Source: Octopus sinensis
Lineage: Eukaryota
DNA length: 64,000 bases
Direction: 5' to 3'
NCBI RefSeq assembly: GCF_006345805.1
Contig: NC_043006.1
Span: 85,126,001-85,190,000, forward strand
Below, one piece after another: positions 53,078-64,000 of the stretch. The notes beneath the pieces were generated by a model. That model saw only the letters and a list, made by a program, of their open reading frames with translations. It was not told the DNA's origin and searched no databases. Position numbers and translations under genes: made by a program. Within the stretch, counting starts at the first letter, position 1, and each line of letters starts with the position of its first letter.

Positions 53078-53528
53078 TGCATATATTCACACAGGCTTCT
53101 TCATCTTTCTGTCCACCAAATTAGCTCATGTAGCCAGTAGCTACTGTAAAAGATACTTGTCCAAGGTGCCATACAGTTGGATTGAACCTCAAACTACGTG
53201 GTCAATAGGCTTACTTCTGAACCATACAGCCATGCCTATACATATAAAATTTAATGGAATTTTTATTAAGAAAGAAGTGGATTTTTCAGTTTTACAATAC
53301 ATTAATGCCCTACTATTTTTTCTCCAACTGCATAGTCGATCACATTTTTTGTTTTTTAGGTTTGGCAGTTTACGGATCCTGAAAATAAATCTGACGATTT
53401 CTCTAAGCATCTGCTGTTGATACCTAAATTATTCTCATAATATCTATATCAGCTCTTTCTTATGTTTCTTACTTTCAAACAATAAGCTTGCTCTTGATGG
53501 TTCTAACACTCTTTATTTCTATTTCCAG

Positions 53529-53603
53529 AATACAAAAAAGCTAGTCAAGAAATTAAAAAGTGTGCAGCAGATACAATACGGTTGCAGAAAAAAGTGAAAA
53601 AGG
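53529..53603 (+). CDS. MTSS1: MTSS1/MIM exon (equivalent to exon 6)
   Basis: TTTCCAG acceptor, GTCAGT donor; 75 nt. Encodes (E)YKKASQEIKKCAADTIRLQKKVKK(G) versus human EYKKARQEIKKKSSDTLKLQKKAKKG. Confidence 0.95.
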
Positions 53604-53626
53604 GTCAGTACAAACATGCACAACTG

Positions 53627-53763
<137 letters not shown>

Positions 53764-54446
53764 ACACTCAGAGTTTTTTTGATATTTTAAAATAGATGTT
53801 TAATGGGTGATTTTTTTAATCAATATTTATTTCCAAACCAGTTATTGTGGTTGTTATGCCTACCAAATTCACTCACAAGGCTTTGGTCGACCCTGGGAAC
53901 TATAGTTGAACAACACATTTTACTGGGTGTTTTGTGTAGTAGGGTTGGTCCCAAAGCCATATGGTTGGGAAGTCAACTTCTTAACAATACAAGCACATAG
54001 AGGCTTCCAGACATTTTCTATCTTTCAAATTTTGCTCACAAAGTATTGCTTGACCTGAGGCTACATTGGAAGGCACTTAACCACAGTGTTGCAAAGTGGA
54101 AATCAAATCCCAAACCACTTATAGCTGTAAAGTGAACTTCACAACTACACAGCATGCTTGCAAATATGTTAGTACACTGGATAAAATGCTTAACGGCATT
54201 TCATCCATCTTTGCATTCTGAGTTCGAATTCTGCCAAGGTCAAATTTGCCTGTCATCCTTTTGGGGTCAATAAAATAATTGAATACTAGGTGGTAATGCA
54301 ATTGACTTCTTTGCCCCTCAAAATTACTGGCCTTGTGCCAAAATAAAAAGGAACATTGTTATTATTATTACTATGGCAAGCTGGCAGAATCATTAGCACA
54401 CCATACAAAATGCTTAGTGGTATTTCATCCATCTTCACATTCTGAA

Positions 54447-54626
54447 CATTATTTACATTTGACGGATATTTGTCCTCATCTTGTTTGTTGTTAACACAAT
54501 GTTTCGGCTCATATACCCTCCAGCCTTCATCAGGTGTCTTGGGGAAATTTTGATCCCAGGTTCAACAAATATCCATCAAATGTAAATAATGTACATAATT
54601 CCTCATCTCTTAAATATAGAACTGTA
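54447..54626 (-). mobile_element. Short Penelope-like (pLTR-derived) insertion with inverted arms, inside a SINE
   Basis: 28-bp inverted repeat (54446-54473 / 54565-54592, 1 mismatch), hammerhead motif, and a 13-bp direct repeat TTCACATTCTGAA (54434-54446 / 54627-54639) consistent with a TSD. Confidence 0.7.
54493..54538 (-). ncRNA. Minimal hammerhead ribozyme-like motif (Penelope-type), probably decayed
   Basis: Minus strand reads GACAC-CTGATGA-A-GGCT(12 nt)AGCC-GAA-ACAT-T-GTGTT. ACAT is probably CpG decay of the palindrome ACGT. Confidence 0.6.
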
Positions 54627-55106
54627 TTCACATTCTGAATTCAAATTCCACCAAGGTCTTTGCCTTTCATCTTTTTGGGGTTAATAAAATAAGAACCAGT
54701 GAAACACTGGGGTCGATGTAATCGATTTGTCCCCTCCCCATAAATTTCAGGCCTTGTGCCTATAGTAGAAAGGATTATTACTATTCTAAGATGTTACCTT
54801 TCATCTTTTTGGGGTTGATAAAATAAGTACCAGTTGAGCACTGGGCCAATGTAATCAATTTCCCCCACCCAGTTGATTTTGCTGTTCATCCTTTCTGGGT
54901 CAATAAGTACCAGTCAAGTACTGGGGTTGATGTAATTGCCCCATCACCATTACCACCATGCTTATGTAAGAAACTTTATTAATGAATTATGGACTAATTC
55001 ATAATTGGTTATGAAATGTTTTTGTGTTATCTTTTTTTTTTTTACATATATAGAAAATCTAAATTATATTTTTCCTTCTGTTTCTTTCTTTCTCTGGCCA
55101 TTTTAG

Positions 55107-55264
55107 GAAAGTCCGATATTCAAAGTAGACTGGAGAGTGCTCTGCAAGACGTGAATGATAAATACTTGGTACTAGAGGAGACTGAAAAGAATGCTGTGCG
55201 GACAGCATTGATTGAGGAACGGAGTAGATTTTGTATGTTTGTTACTTGTTTTAAGCCGTTTGTG
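55107..55264 (+). CDS. MTSS1: MTSS1/MIM exon (equivalent to exon 7)
   Basis: TTTTAG acceptor, GTAAGT donor; 158 nt. Encodes (G)KSDIQSRLESALQDVNDKYLVLEETEKNAVRTALIEERSRFCMFVTCFKPFV versus human RGDIQPQLDSALQDVNDKYLLLEETEKQAVRKALIEERGRFCTF. Confidence 0.97.
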
Positions 55265-56092
55265 GTAAGTTCTTTTCTTCTTTTTTTTTTTTATTCGTTT
55301 TGCCTATTCCTTTTTTTTTTATTCATTCATACAATCATTATCATCCTCGTTTTAATGTTTGCCTTTTCCCCATGCTCGTATGGGTCAGACAGGAATCACT
55401 GAAACAAAATTTCCACTGCTGGATGCCTTTCCTGTTGCTAACACTCACCTGCTTTCAAGTAAAGTAATATTAGCTCCATAGCTAGACATATTTTCACAGA
55501 TGATTGGAAACAAAGGATACTGCCTGGGTGTTGGTGCCTCTCATTTACAACTCTCAGGCAATGTTAAGGCAAGTAGATAGTCTCAAACACACGTGCACAC
55601 ACACACAAAGGGTTTCTTTTTATGTTGTCTGTCTACCAAATCCACTCACAAAGCTGTGGTTGGTACAGTATTCCCAATGTGGAAACATCAGCTAAAAATC
55701 TAGTTTGATAAAGGAAAATAATGGTCTGTTAATCCTAAAAGTTCTATGAAACGTTGGAGAAATTTTACTGCAGACATTTCAAAAGTATGTATGGATAGTT
55801 TACAAAGAAAACACAGTGTTTTAAAGAACAAACGTTTCCTCCTCACCAGACATGTTTTCACTGAAGATTGGAAACAAATGACCCCAGTTGTATGATGGTG
55901 ACACTCATTTACAGTTACCATACAGTATCAAAACACTCACCTCAATACTGTCCCTCAATACTGCTTTTACACATCTGTTGCGGAGTCCTGTCTTGCAAGT
56001 TATGTGGTCACTTCACTGCTGCTGGTGCCATGTAAAAAGCACCAAGTACACTCTGTGAAGTGGTTAGTGTTATGTTGTTTCTTTTCTGTGTA

Positions 56093-56130
56093 TCTTTCTG
56101 TCGAAGAGCGTAGGCTCGAAACGTAAAAGA
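56093..56130 (+). ncRNA. Minimal hammerhead ribozyme-like motif (Penelope-type), core A6 substituted
   Basis: TCTTT-CTGTCGA-A-GAGC(gtag)GCTC-GAA-ACGT-A-AAAGA: 5-bp stem I, 4-bp stem II, ACGT palindrome, GUA triplet. Confidence 0.5.
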
Positions 56131-56227
56131 CTTGTTTTATTTCTATTCCTGAGAGCCATACTAATACAATTGTTTGTTTGTACTCCACCTGCCTTCATCT
56201 TTTGTTTATTTTCGTAAACCTTCCCGT

Positions 56228-56263
<36 letters not shown>

Positions 56264-56265
<2 letters not shown>

Positions 56266-57100
56266 GGTTGTGGTGAATAAGCTGTTGTCTAAATTACGCA
56301 GAAATGAAAATAACACTAACATCTCATTTTAACAGATATATTTACCAAAATTACATAAGAATATCTTGAAATACTAAAGAGTATATTTATTCGATAAAAT
56401 CGCCATTGGCTTCAGGCACACCCTCCAGATGACTTCGGAATCTCCTGCAACTCTTCTGGACGGTCTACCTTGTTTAAATTGGTGAATACTGTCATAATCT
56501 TTGCCTTCAGTTTTGTTGGTCTCTCGCTCAACTGTGCCCCACACATAATAATCAAGAGGGTTGCAGTCTGGGGAGTTAGGTGGCCAGATGTTAGGGTTGA
56601 TATGGTTGCAGAAATTGTCTGATAGCCATGACTGGGTTCTTCTGCTTGTGTGGCATGGTGCAGAATCCTGTTGCCAGACATAGGGTCTTCCAGCAGCCAC
56701 TCTTTTGACCCAGGGCAGCACAACCTCCTTCAGGCACTTGATATAGGCCTCTCTGTTGAATCTGAGGCCATGTGGGAAGGTGAACAGAGGCATAATGTTA
56801 CCATCACTAGTGATCACTACAAACACCATGATGTTGAGTGGATGTTTGATTTTTATCACTCTTGGTACATGTCCTCAGATTGATGCCCAACACTGTGAAA
56901 TGTTCATATTGGAGCTTCCGGTACGAATGCCAAATAGTACAGCATGTTGTTTCCAAATTTCTGGCAGAGTAAATCCTGTCATGGTACTGTTTTTCTCACA
57001 GATGGTACCCAACTGACCCTACTATACTATGCAGTTATCAAAAACAAACAATGCACAAAATAAAAAATATAAAATGGGGACAATTTACCCATTGCACCCG
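56264..57100 (-). mobile_element. Tc1/mariner maT (DD37D) internally deleted element
   Basis: ORF 56374-56859 contains WQQDSAPCH...WPPNSPDCNPLDYYVW with 37 residues between the 2nd and 3rd catalytic Asp. Degenerate TIRs; highly similar to the 50583 copy. Confidence 0.9.
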
Positions 57101-57362
57101 CTGTGTGTGTGTGTATACACACACACTCACACAGGTTTCTTTCAGTTTCCATCTACCGAATCCAGTCACAAGGCTCTGGTCAACTCTAGGCTATAGTAGA
57201 AGACACTTGCCCAAGGTACATGCAGGAAGACTGAAACCAGAACCATGTGGTTGGGAAGCAAGCTTCTTACCACACAGCCACGCCTATATATTTTTTTCAG
57301 TTTTATTTTCTTTACTTTTTTTCAATATTTTTTTTTAATTTTGTCTACTTTTTCTTTTCCAG

Positions 57363-57518
57363 GAATGGGAAATAAGCCTTTTAACTGAGATTACACATTT
57401 AAAAGAAGTTATGGATAACCTATCAAAACAATCAAGTGATCCTCACACTTTGCCTGCCGCAAGTGAACAAGTTATTTTAGATGTGAAAGGAGCTGACAGC
57501 AATGTCTGGGCATTCCAG
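57363..57518 (+). CDS. MTSS1: MTSS1/MIM exon (end of IMD domain)
   Basis: TTTTCCAG acceptor, GTGAGA donor; 156 nt, phase 0-0. Encodes EWEISLLTEITHLKEVMDNLSKQSSDPHTLPAASEQVILDVKGADSNVWAFQ versus human EEEISMLGEITHLQTISEDLKSLTMDPHKLPSSSEQVILDLKGSDYSWSYQ. Confidence 0.95.
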
Positions 57519-57906
57519 GTGAGACAGAGAGAGAGAGTGAAAGAGCAAGAAAGAAAGAGTAAAGAAAATAGTTCTTGTTTTCATGTTGTGATTTTCCTGT
57601 TAATTAAATCATTTCTTTGCAGATTTATATTTTTTTATTTTATATATTTATATATGCATATATATATAAATATATATATTGTTGCTATTATGTTAAACAG
57701 TTGTATGCCCAAATTTGGCCAAATGCATTTTTTCCAAAATATTTATTTGCTTGCAATAGCTGGTATCTCCAGCTGCTTCAGATGTCAAAATATCAAAAAT
57801 TGTCAAAGTGTAATACAACGGTTTTGCTATGGAATGGTGAAACTATTTTTTCGTTTTCTGAAAAGCAACATTTTGGACTTAGGGCACTATTGCATAATAG
57901 CAACAA

Positions 57907-57960
<54 letters not shown>

Positions 57961-59627
57961 CACATGCACACACACACACATTCAGTCTAATTTGCATTTA
58001 ATTCTCTTTAAATATTTGATTGTGTAGAAAATGTACTTGTCAGTTGTGTATTGTGTTTAGTCTCTGAATCTCACCAATTCCACCTAACTGATGCACAAGC
58101 ATGTGTGCATGCATACACACACATACACACACACACACATGTCCTGTCTCTCTTTCAGTCTCTCACTGTCACTCCCTTACATTCTTACCTCTTACTCATT
58201 TCATTTCCAACTCCTATCTACCTATCTTTCTTTCTATCTACCTACATATTTATCTATACTGATTGATGGATAGATGTGTGTGTGTGTGTGTGGTTGTGTG
58301 TATGTGAGACAATGTTTTATTCTGTCTTTAAGTCAGGAATTCTTTTTCTCTAGTTAATGAGCTAATGAGTCAAGCAATATTTGCCAATTTGCTTTATTGG
58401 GAAAATTAATTAAACAGAAAGTGCTTTCTCTCATGCATACATACAAAGATACATTCTACAAACACACACACATGTAGATAGATAGACAGACAGACTGATG
58501 TTTATAGATAGTTGTGAGGCTTAGAATACTGGATTTACTGATCACACGATCAGAAGATCAAATTTCACTGCACATGTTAATATTGTGCCCTTGAGCAAGG
58601 CAGATAACTGAGCTTGCTCCAGTTTACCTGACTGGTGAAACATTAAAAAAATGTTAACATAGCCACTTCTCTAGAAATAGGAACCTAATTTTGCCAAGCT
58701 ACATCTTAACATCATCTTAGAAAAGGGAATAGCACATGACATTATATTAAATAGTCTTGTAGACATTATCTGCAATTAAGATTGAATGGTCATCACTAGA
58801 ACACTTTGATTATAGGTCTAGTTGAGCTAAATACTAACAAAATGAAAAATTTTTAAAAAAAGAATTAAAAACAGGTCCATTAGTAATTGTTGGTATCCAT
58901 CGAAAACATATGAAATGAATGATTTAGTTGGGTATGTGTGTGTTTGTGTATATATGCTTGCACACATATATAGTACTCACAGAAATAAATATCTCACAAG
59001 CATTACAAAAATATTTCCCCCATGTACAACATATTAGCAAAGAGCACAATAAAAGAGCAATGAATTTGTGTTTGAAGCATAAATATTATGAAATATAATG
59101 ATGGTGAAAATATAATCTCACTATACATTGTATTAAGATAAACATATTACATTATATATTTGAGTTTATGCTGCACAAGCTCGTGTTTTTAGCACCCACA
59201 GTACTCAAATAACTGATATGATGCCATCAACTGCAAATAGTAAAGGAAAAAAGAAAGGAAGACTAGTGTGTTTACGTCCCTGTAACTTAGCAGTTCAGCA
59301 AAAGAGACTGATAGAATAAGTACTAGGCTTACAATGAATAAGTCCTTGGGTTGATTTGCTTGACTAAAGGCGGTGCTCCAGCATGGCTGCAGTCAAATGA
59401 CGGAAACCAAAAAAGAATAAATATGTATGGATATAATATATAACGATGCGTGTGTATTGAGGTATTCTTTATGTGGAAATAGGGGTTTGTTTGTTTTTTT
59501 ATTAAATTTCTGAATATTTTGATGAATGCTTTCTTATTCATGTTTCCACAAAAAAAAAAATGTCTTTTTGAATTTCTTCACCTTCCTGTTTTTTTTTTCT
59601 TTCTTTCCTTCCAACTTCATTTTTAAG

Positions 59628-59642
59628 ACAACAAAGAATTTG
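59628..59642 (+). CDS. Candidate 15-nt microexon of MTSS1 (TTKNL)
   Basis: ~50-nt polypyrimidine tract ending TTTTAAG, then ACAACAAAGAATTTG, then a consensus TG|GTAAGT donor. Phase 0-0 matches the preceding exon end. No homology support. Confidence 0.6.
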
Positions 59643-60395
59643 GTAAGTATTCCTTCCTTAATGGATTGGTAAGTGATTTGGTACCGTTAACCTTTACCTC
59701 AACTCCTTATTTATATTTTTCTTTGTTGTTGTTGTTGTTTATTGGTTGTTTTCTTTTTCTTTTTAGTTTGCTGTTTGCTAAAAAAATTAATTGTTTTGAT
59801 ATGTCCCTCAAGTTAACATGTCAAATCAACAAATCTGTCTGTGGTCATTGCTGTCTTAAGTTAACACCTGAAATAATAACTGCTACATAAATGTTTGATA
59901 AATTATGTAACGAGCCATATTGTAATTAATAATCATTAATTGGTACATCTGTTAATAATAATCTAGGTAAATGAGTTAGAGGAAAGAGACAGACACATAT
60001 CAATAATTCATAAAAATTAGTAATAGTGTTTCAAAGTGGTTATGTTTTCTGAGGCAAAATGTAGGAATTTGGCATACTGCCATAACCATTTCATTCAACT
60101 GTTCTTGTACAAGTGCTAATGAGGGAACATTTATACAGTTGCTTAGTCTATTAAAAATAGCAGTCAAATCCCTATTATTGCCTTCCTAAAAATTCAATAA
60201 CATTGGATAATGTAGTTCTAGATATGAGAAGATTAAACAAAACAAAAAAAAAAGACCAAGAGGGAATGGTCATGATTGGAATGTCTTTGATCATAAGTGT
60301 GCTGAATCAAAGCTGACTCGGGGTTAAGCAACAACCATTTCTGTAAGTATCTAAATTTAAAAATCCAGCTAAGTATGCCATCTTAGATATATATA

Positions 60396-62382
60396 TCAGG
60401 TTATATAGAAAGTTCTGTTCAACTTTTAGCATTTATTTAAAAGTAAAGCCATATTTTATACTGCAAATTTAATCATATCTTTTATCTTTTACTTGTTCCA
60501 GTCATTAGACTGAGGCCATGCTGGGGCATCACCTTGAACTTTTAGTCAAATAAGTCAATGCCAGTACTTATTTTTTAAGCCTGGTACTTATTCTATCATT
60601 CTCTTTTGCTGAACTGCTAAGTTACAGGGACGCAAACACAGATATATATATACTTACACACATACATACAACAGGCTTCTTTTAGTTTCCATCTATCAAA
60701 TCCTCTCACAAGGCTTTGGTTGGCCTGAGGCTATGGTAGAAGAGACTTGCCCAAGGTGACTGAACCTGGAACCATGTGGTTGCAAAGCAAGCTTTTCACA
60801 TCACTTCTCTTTATGTTTGTAAGTCTTTGAATGCCTGATTTCAAAAAATTACTTGAGTTTTGAATGAAAATATTCATTTGATTAATTTTCTGTTTTCCCT
60901 GCTGGCCATACTTTGTCTAATTTGTTTTGCTCCAAATAAGTAGAAGTCTGATGGAGCAAGATCTGTAGAATATGGAGAGTTTAGCATTTTCCCCATATAA
61001 CCAATTTCAGAACAATTGTAATAACTTGTGCAGTGTGAGATAAAACATAATCTTGATGAAAGAGGACCTCTTCTTACAGTTTATTAAGGTGGGATGCTTT
61101 CTATCTAAAGCAATTTTTAAACAATGAAATTGCTGACACAACATTCAAATCACATTCGGAAAATAACTGATTTAGCATATTCTCTTCACATTACACATCT
61201 ACATTATAATAAAACCTTCTCATGTTTAACAACTGTATTTACAATGAATACAAGGCAGCTGAGTTTTATACACCTAGAAAATGATTACAAAATATCTATC
61301 ATTGGACTACAAAAATATCTAGTACAGATTCAGGCTTTCAAGGAAACCAACAAATACAAGAGAGAGAATACAATAACATTAGGACTACAGAATGCTATGA
61401 TAAAACTGTTTTGAGTAGTGACCATGTTTGAGCTTTTTATTTTTTTTTGCCAGAGTAAAAATAGACAAAGAAAAATCCTAACACTGCTAATTCTTTCCAT
61501 CCCAAACACTCAATACAAATTTTCTGTAGATGAAGTTCCTCCTCATGGGTGTGGTACAGGTTTTTTTTATCTGGGTTTAACCACTGTCTGTGGAACTTAA
61601 TATTGCTGTAAACAAAGGCAGCAAGCTAGTAGAATCATTACCATGCTGGACAAAATGCTTAGCAGTATTTTGTCCATTTTTATGTTCTGAGTTCAAATTC
61701 TGCCAGGATCGATAAAATACGTACCAGTTGAGCACTGAGGTTGATGAATTCAATTTACCCCCTTCCCTGAAATTGCTGGCCTTGTGCCAAAATTTGAAAC
61801 CAGTGTTGCTGTAAACAATCCATTTCTCATCTCTAGTCATGATATGGTTTGAAATGGTGCTTAGATGTTGCATGTATGGAACCTTTATTGACAATTTCCT
61901 GCTGGAAGAACATAAAGAACCCAATTTCTGTACTTTAAAACTTTCTTAGCTCTTTTAAATGATTACGAATGGTTAGAATGCTGATATTAGATTCAGTTAA
62001 AAGCTCTTTCACTGTCACAGCAGGATTCCTTGCAAGTGTTGCCTCTAGCATTTCAACATCCAATTTTGAAGGCTATCCTGATCTAGGCTCACTAAGCAAA
62101 TTGAAATTGCCACGTCTGAATTCTTCACTTTCACAAAGTTATTTATGGTTATTACATTTGCATTAGAACCTCAATGAAACTCATAAAGAATAATGTAACG
62201 AATAGGCTCTTTACTTGGTTCCATGATGAGTTCTTCAAACAGAAAATTAATTTACTAAAATATGGTTGTTGCTCTATGGAAATTCTTCATAAAATGATTT
62301 TACATCAATGAATGCCATCAGTATTGGTAATCTTTACAAAAATACAGACTTGTAATCAGACAGAACTTTCTATACAACCTGA
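60396..62382 (-). mobile_element. Fossil full-length mariner (WVPHEL/YSPDLAPSD type) with nested insertions
   Basis: TIRs TCAGGTTATATAGAAAGTTCTGT / ACAGAACTTTCTATACAACCTGA with TA flanks. Broken frames: MEPSKEPIRYIILYEF (ATG 62224), EEFRRGNFNLLSEPRSG, IMTRDEKWIVYSN, VLFHQD, LNSPYSTDLAPSDFYLF. Confidence 0.9.
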
Positions 62383-64000
62383 TATATTAATACGTAAGAC
62401 CTCTTGAATTCCTCAGTAGCAATGTAGTAATAACAAAATGTTTTATTAAAAATTACAGTCTTAAAAACGAGGTTGCAGAGGGTGGGACAGGGAGTATTTC
62501 TCTTAGCTGTTGACATTTTGGATGCAATATTCCATTGCTTAACTTCCTCAGAAATATTCCTGTCGTTATCCAACATTTGCATTGGCTCAAATGTCTATCA
62601 ACAGTTCCTCTCCTGCTTCAGTTCTCAGTGTGTTGGTTGTATTGGGAGGTGGGGGTTGTTCTTTTCTTTAACTCAAGTTGGAGATGAATATATACTATGC
62701 ATGTTTTGATTAGTTTTCACTAATTATTATTCTTATTAAACACTAAGGTTTTTTTTTATATTTTGGTTTGTTGAGGTTGTTGATGCCTTCTATTTGCAAT
62801 GTTTTGTATTTCGATAGAGAAAAACAGAAAATGGGGAAGGAAAATGTTTCTTTTAATTTACAAGGCCTTAACACAAAAATAGGAGGGTCCTAGAAAGAAT
62901 TAAGAAATGTTAATTTTTGAAATATGGTACAACGAAATCAAAAACACCCATTCTTTGTTGTAACACCAATAAACAATTTCTAACCAAAGGTTAAAGGCCA
63001 CTAATTCACAGGGCCAAGTTATGGATTCCAGAGTGAGAAAAAAAAATTAAGCTACCCCTAGTGAAATTTGAACTTAAAATGTAAAGGAATGTTAATAAAA
63101 ACTTCATTTCCAATGCTCTAATGAATCTGCAAGGTCAGCAATTTTGAAGGGATGGGGTTAATTGATGCCATCAACTTCAGTACTTAGCTGGTACTATTTG
63201 TTACCAACCCCAGGTGGAATGTAAAGAGCTGGAACATATACCACACTACATTTATTCCAGCACTCTAACAATTCTGCTACCTTGCCACATTTAATAATAA
63301 TAATAATATTTTCTACTAAAGGCACAAGGGCTGAAATTTTATGGGAGGGGGCCAATCAATTACATCGATCCCAATGTTTCACTGGTACTTAATTTACTGA
63401 TCCCTCAAGGATGAAATGCTACTAAGCATTTCACCTGGCACGCTAACAACTCTGCCAGCTTGCTGCCTTAATAATAATAATAATCATTTCAAATTTTGGC
63501 ATAAGGCAAGCAATTTTTTAACTCCCCAGTACTTCACTGGCACTTTATTTTATTGACCCCAAAAGGATTTTAAAAAAAAGTTAGCTATGGCCAGATTTGA
63601 ACTCAAAATGTCAAGAGCTATATGAAATTTCAGAGAGGGCTATGTCAATTACATCAACCCCAGTACTCAACTGATGCTTATTTATTTTATCAACCCCAAA
63701 AGGATGAAAGGCAGACCTGGGTGGAATTGGAACTTAAAAGGTGAAAGTCAAAAGAAATACTCAGCTTGCTGCCTTAATAAGTAATAATGATGATGTGGCT
63801 TGCAGAAGCACATAGAATGCATGCAACTGGCCTGCTTATTAGGAATTACCACGATCATTCAAAAGTTCCTGGATGGCTGAGGCCACAGGTGATGACTTAG
63901 TACCCAAGAGTAAACCCACCTAAATTCCACCATAAGGGTGAGATATAAAAAAAAATTTTGAAATGATAATAATAATGTGCCACTCTTATACATTCTTACT

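Noticed and set aside
55016-55402. 128-aa ORF as a single-exon gene
   Set aside because: Only 55107-55264 matches MTSS1, and it is bounded by splice sites.
57519-58001. Extension of the 57411-58001 ORF beyond ...VWAFQ
   Set aside because: Homology stops at a GT donor (57519); the remainder is low-complexity intron.
60944-61000. Possible + strand terminal exon KSDGARSVEYGEFSIFPI*
   Set aside because: It is the antisense of the mariner YSTDLAPSD motif.

Overview
AT-rich, microsatellite- and SINE-dense animal genomic DNA. The repeat families look like those of Octopus (coleoid cephalopod); this is inferred from pattern recognition, not from a database search. The only protein-coding gene I can support is a + strand MTSS1/MIM (IMD/I-BAR domain) orthologue, with five GT-AG exons at 41195-41279, 50246-50337, 53529-53603, 55107-55264 and 57363-57518 that splice into one open frame. 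Exons 1-3 were not found, so the first ~41 kb is probably one giant intron, and the gene continues beyond the window. Two frame-preserving microexon candidates (33 nt at 10832, 15 nt at 59628) fit the gene's intron phases. The remainder is a layered transposon record: several tRNA-derived SINE families, RTE and HERO-like LINE fragments, a fossil mariner, two DD37D maT deletion derivatives, piggyBac-type TTAA MITEs nested at one internal site, and a non-autonomous Helitron. Most unusual are several short Penelope-like/retrozyme-like inserts carrying minimal hammerhead-ribozyme folds, one with a compensatory G3:C8 catalytic-core swap. Nearly all ORFs in the supplied track are microsatellite or repeat read-through.
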